Source: Marsupella aquatica (taxonomy: Eukaryota > Plantae > Marchantiophyta). From it: a stretch of 64,000 nt of DNA. The notes under the pieces are model-generated. The model saw only the letters and a list, made by a program, of their open reading frames with translations, made no database searches and was not told the origin of the DNA. Positions within the stretch are counted from its first letter, which is position 1. Each line of letters begins with the position of its first letter. The position numbers and the translations under genes were made by a program. The stretch spans positions 15,065,375 through 15,129,374 of the forward strand of contig OZ316897.1 of NCBI GenBank assembly GCA_973895155.1, written 5' to 3'. Positions 59,877 through 64,000 of this stretch are shown in pieces.

Positions 59877-61515
59877 GCCGTCAACACCACGCTTGTCTTC
59901 CTCTCCATTCAGAATTCATAACTTGTTCTGTGCGCATCAATTATGCATTGCCAGCCGATGGAGTACTTCCTCTGCAATTGATCCCAGTTGATGTTGCAGA
60001 GTGCTTCGCTGCGAGCTTGTTCTCGCTCAAATGTAAGTTACATGCCGTTTCTCAGACCACTCGGCACGAAGGTGCTGTAATTCAAAAGCCATACGCAACT
60101 TTCTACTCCGTGCCTAAGCGACGATCCAAACTCTCACCTCGTTTCAGACGTTACTCAATGTCAACTTCCGCACCGAATAGAGGTGACTTGCCCAATGTGG
60201 TCGGATCATAGGTTGGGATCCAAACTATTCCAGTTCCTCCACGCTCTTGTGGTTAGCCGTGCTCTTCAGCAGCCAGCAAAATTCACAGGCAACTAGCAGG
60301 ATTGTGATTGATTGGATTCCTTGCCTAGGCAGCGTGTCAGCTTTCGAATGACCGATTTTGGTTTTGACATACACAAGGTATGTCCTACCGATTCCAACCG
60401 GGTAACCCTATTGAGGAGGGGACGTTGAGATGCATACTCTGGCCGGCAGTCAGTTAGGACCAAAAGATCCGGTTTGTAGTCTACGACAAAAACTTCTCTT
60501 TGATTTGAGGCACTACTGGCTAAACCCTTGGTTGAAGATCACACGAAACCGGTACACTTCTTGGCCATTCCACGACTCACAGAGGTCGTCACTGTTGTCA
60601 TCATTATTAACATAACCAATTTATGCTGTTGGTTTGTTGTACAGCCCAACTAACCAAATCTTCAAGCGTTCTGTGTGAACACTCAGCTTTGACCATTCAA
60701 TGTAATCCTGGTTCGATGGTTGAGTCATCAACTATTCGGAGAGACGACATTGCAATTTTGCAACTTGCGAGCCTCTTCCATCCAACATTCCGTGCCCAAT
60801 GGGCGTCCAGGAATGTGTGGCCGCTCTTTGATTCTTAAGCTGTGCTCAAACACGTATGGTCGTCTGCGTTACTGATCCAACCAGAAAAAGCGGTAGAAAC
60901 GGAGGAGCACGGTGCAAACAGCGATGTCCCTTCGGCCACCATAGGAAAAACCCTCCACAATCGTTGCGACAGAAATTCTGCCACATTGAAACTGCATGTT
61001 GGACACGGAACTTGCTGGTCTGCCACAGAAGCTGGCTGAGCAGCGCAATCTGACACAATGCTGAAACCACTTGATTTCGCGTGAACAGGATTCGCGTGAC
61101 AGCCAAAGTGCGTCAGATCAAGTCGTCACAAATGACAGAAGCCGGGAACCACTGAATTTGACTGCCGAACAGATTCGGGATATCAGGGTATTTCCATAAT
61201 CGGTGGTAGCCACAGTGTTTTCTACCAAATTGATAGTGCAAAACAAATCTGGCAAATTGTGGCCCGCGAGGTCACACCATATTTCCCATCACATCCTGAA
61301 AAGCATGCCACCGAACATAGAACCCCCTGACTATGACGGGTCAAACAGATCTGAAAATTCGGGATCTGCTTCTGATGTTCTCCACAGTTTCACTGCTCAA
61401 TTGATAAAATGCTTTAGATCACCATTTCATCTGAGGAACCATCAAATCGGACACATGCTGAAACCATTTATTACTGGAACCGAACAACATTAAATTTGTT
61501 GGTCTATACATTTCA

Positions 61516-63729
61516 ATGTCTAACGATGATGCCGATGAAGGTGAGCGGATTTCCAAAGCTCTGACTCGGAGGTTTGTCTCTGAAACGAAGCGGATATCTA
61601 GAGCTCTGTCGCAGGAGGACTTTGCTGAAGCTCAGCGATTTTCCAAGGAACTGTCGCAGGAGGATGTCGCTGAAGGTAAGCGCATTGCCAGACTCCTGTC
61701 GCAGGAGGATGTCCCTGAAAGTCAGCGAATTTCCAATCCTGAAGGGCAACGAATTTACAAAGGTCATCAGGAGGATGTCGCCGAAGGGCAGCGGATCTTT
61801 TCTGAAGCTTTGTCTCAGAAGTTTGTCGCTGAAACTAAACGGATGTCCCAAGCTCTATCTCAGGCCGATTTCTTTGAACCTCAACAACTTGCAAATGAGC
61901 TGTCCCACCACGACATCGCTGAAGGCAAGCTTATTTCCAAAGCTCTGGCTCAGGAGGATGTCCCTGAAGGTCAGCGAATTACAAATGCTCTCGAAACAGG
62001 AGAACGCTGCCAGAATTGCCCATTTAACAAATCTTCCGAGTCAGGCACAGCAGGTCAGTCTCCGAATTCGGATGACACGGATGATGAGGAGTCTGAAAAG
62101 AAACCACCACCACCGAAACCCTGCCCCCTAAAGGCAATTCTCGATGGAATGCCAAAAGAGTGGATCGAGGAGGGAGACGAGAGTTACACCGTTGTCATAA
62201 AGAAGGCTCCACCACCAAAACTACATCCCCTCGTTCAAATTCTGAACGGCATGTCCCAAGTGATGGACAGGAGGGACTCCAACACGACTCGTGCGCTATT
62301 CCTCAAAGACTTTGATGCGACACTACAAAAAATCAACAGTGATGCTGACTTAAAAGAGCCTGAACTAGACCGGTTGAGGCCTCGTCACTACACTAAGATC
62401 CTGGACGCAATGGCCGGCGCTGTGGAATTCACAGATGAGAAGACCCACACTCAAAGGCTAGACCGTATGGTTCGGCAAACTCGGGATGAGGGGTTGATCA
62501 GCAGCTGGGAAGCAAAGAAGAAGAAAAGGGCTGACGAATTGGCATTCAGGAGTCGTCAGAGTGTTCAGATGCTGCATTCCATGATCAATGTCCGGGAGTA
62601 CGCAGATGATGCCAGGGATTACAGTGTCTGGCTTGATGGAGTGGCACCTGTAGACAACGAGAGCCAAAGTGAGGAACCAGAGAAAACTGTGTCGGAACTA
62701 TCTGCAAATGGAAAACCTCGAGAGCCTCGTTTTCGTGAGGATTCTGCTGCCAACTTTCTCAATAGCGTAGCAGTGCAAATCCTTGACGAATTTAGTCATT
62801 CCAAAAAACCCAAAGCTGACGGTTCACAGGGTACGTCTAAAGGCCCCAAAGAGCCGAGTTTCAGGGAGGATTCAGCAGCTAACTTCCTCGGTGCCATGTC
62901 AAAGCAGATTAAGGAGCAATTCACAGACCACAGGAGTGGCGAGAGTGAAACAGGGGACCACTCGGAGGGGTCCAAGCACCCAAGATTCCGTGAGAAATCT
63001 GCTCTGAAGTTCATATCTACACTGGAAGAGCAACTCCGTCCGGACTTTGAAAATAGATCAGCGGAGAAGTCAGCAGCTGGGGTCCCCAGATTCCGGGACA
63101 AATCTGCAATTCACTTCCTGAACGCCCTCAGAGACGAAATTACGCAGGGTGGTTCAAATCCACCTTCTGAAGGCCCGAGTTCGACTGATCGAGATGTTCA
63201 ATCACAGACAACGCAAAACAATATGAGAAAGGGTAGCGCAAAGGCACCTTCCGAAGCTCCAAGTTCTAGTAGTAACGTTGTCCGATCAGAGACACAGCAC
63301 AGCAACGTGAGAAAGAGTGGCGCAAAGGCACCTTCTCAAGGCCCAAGTTCTAGTGGTCACGACGTCCAATCAGAGAGCCAGCACAAGAACGTGAGAAAGA
63401 GTGGCGCAAAGGCACCTTCTCAAGGCCCAAGTTCTAGTGATCACGATGTCCAATCAGAGACACGGCACACCAATGTGACAAACGGTGGCGCAAAGGCACC
63501 TTCTCAAGGCCCAAGTTCTAATGGTCACGAAGTTCAATCAGCGACAAAGCACAAGAATGTGAGAAACGGTAGCGCAAAGGAAACTTCTAGCAATCAAGAT
63601 ATTCAATCAGAGACAGACGACAAGACTGGGAGAAGGGGTGGCTCAAAGCCACGTTCTGAAAGTGCGAATTCAAGTCAACATGTCCAATCAAATACACAGC
63701 ACAAGAATGTGAACAAAAAACAAAAATAG
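61516..63729 (+). CDS. Intronless 737-aa repeat protein of unknown function, partial paralogue of the 2430-aa ORF
   Basis: ATG-to-TAG open frame. N-terminal ~15-aa repeats (QEDV.EG.RI...LS), a central block and four RFRE/RFRD helices homologous to the neighbouring ORF, and C-terminal 28-aa repeats (KAPSQGPSS..HDVQSE..H.NVRK.GA). Confidence 0.88.
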   Translation: MSNDDADEGERISKALTRRFVSETKRISRALSQEDFAEAQRFSKELSQEDVAEGKRIARLLSQEDVPESQRISNPEGQRIYKGHQEDVAEGQRIFSEALSQKFVAETKRMSQALSQADFFEPQQLANELSHHDIAEGKLISKALAQEDVPEGQRITNALETGERCQNCPFNKSSESGTAGQSPNSDDTDDEESEKKPPPPKPCPLKAILDGMPKEWIEEGDESYTVVIKKAPPPKLHPLVQILNGMSQVMDRRDSNTTRALFLKDFDATLQKINSDADLKEPELDRLRPRHYTKILDAMAGAVEFTDEKTHTQRLDRMVRQTRDEGLISSWEAKKKKRADELAFRSRQSVQMLHSMINVREYADDARDYSVWLDGVAPVDNESQSEEPEKTVSELSANGKPREPRFREDSAANFLNSVAVQILDEFSHSKKPKADGSQGTSKGPKEPSFREDSAANFLGAMSKQIKEQFTDHRSGESETGDHSEGSKHPRFREKSALKFISTLEEQLRPDFENRSAEKSAAGVPRFRDKSAIHFLNALRDEITQGGSNPPSEGPSSTDRDVQSQTTQNNMRKGSAKAPSEAPSSSSNVVRSETQHSNVRKSGAKAPSQGPSSSGHDVQSESQHKNVRKSGAKAPSQGPSSSDHDVQSETRHTNVTNGGAKAPSQGPSSNGHEVQSATKHKNVRNGSAKETSSNQDIQSETDDKTGRRGGSKPRSESANSSQHVQSNTQHKNVNKKQK

Positions 63730-64000
63730 GAAATGTTCAATTTCTGATAGAAAGCAGACATAGGGTGAGATAGCATGGTGCGAGCATAATGCAGTTCGTT
63801 CTTTGCAAAACAGAATTTCATCGTGAAACTTTGTTTGTTTTTATACCAGGAAGGTTGCATTACAAGAACAAATTAAGTGAGATAAGAATCTGAACAGCAG
63901 TGCTATCCGAAAGGTCAATCGAGCAAGTTTCCATCAACTAATGCTACTCGGTAAGGTGCACGTCCCTGTCCAACGGAATTGCTCTATCTGTACAAGAGCA

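Overview
Eukaryotic nuclear DNA from a land plant. Gene style (GT-AG introns, long UTRs, compact TE debris) looks bryophyte- or liverwort-like, but the species cannot be fixed from sequence alone. Supported genes: an intronless DUF604/fringe-like glycosyltransferase (167-1804 +); a 20-exon TFIIH XPB helicase (21932-27810 +); a 3-exon DUF1218 membrane protein (29009-31349 -); an ETHE1 persulfide dioxygenase with an intronless coding region (47607-48374 +); and a head-to-head pair of large, intronless, repeat-rich ORFs (52584-59876 -, 2430 aa; 61516-63729 +, 737 aa). The pair shares a conserved module I do not recognise: a 51-aa block with 37 identities followed by four 'PRFRE(D/K)SA..FL..L...I' helices. 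The larger ORF also has an N-terminal START/polyketide-cyclase (lachrymatory-factor-synthase-like) domain, candidate LC8 TQT motifs, long acidic repeats and what looks like a decayed 3' extension. This pair is the best candidate for an undescribed system. Intergenic DNA holds a cleanly bounded non-autonomous CACTA element (TIRs plus CAC target duplication), two Helitron 3' ends of one family, a copia-type solo LTR, a decayed OBAP/DUF1264 gene, other unidentified pseudogenes, a duplicated TATA-containing XPB promoter, a dense GTAC cluster and many tandem repeats. No rRNA, tRNA or CRISPR array was found. All alignments were done by eye and no database search was run.
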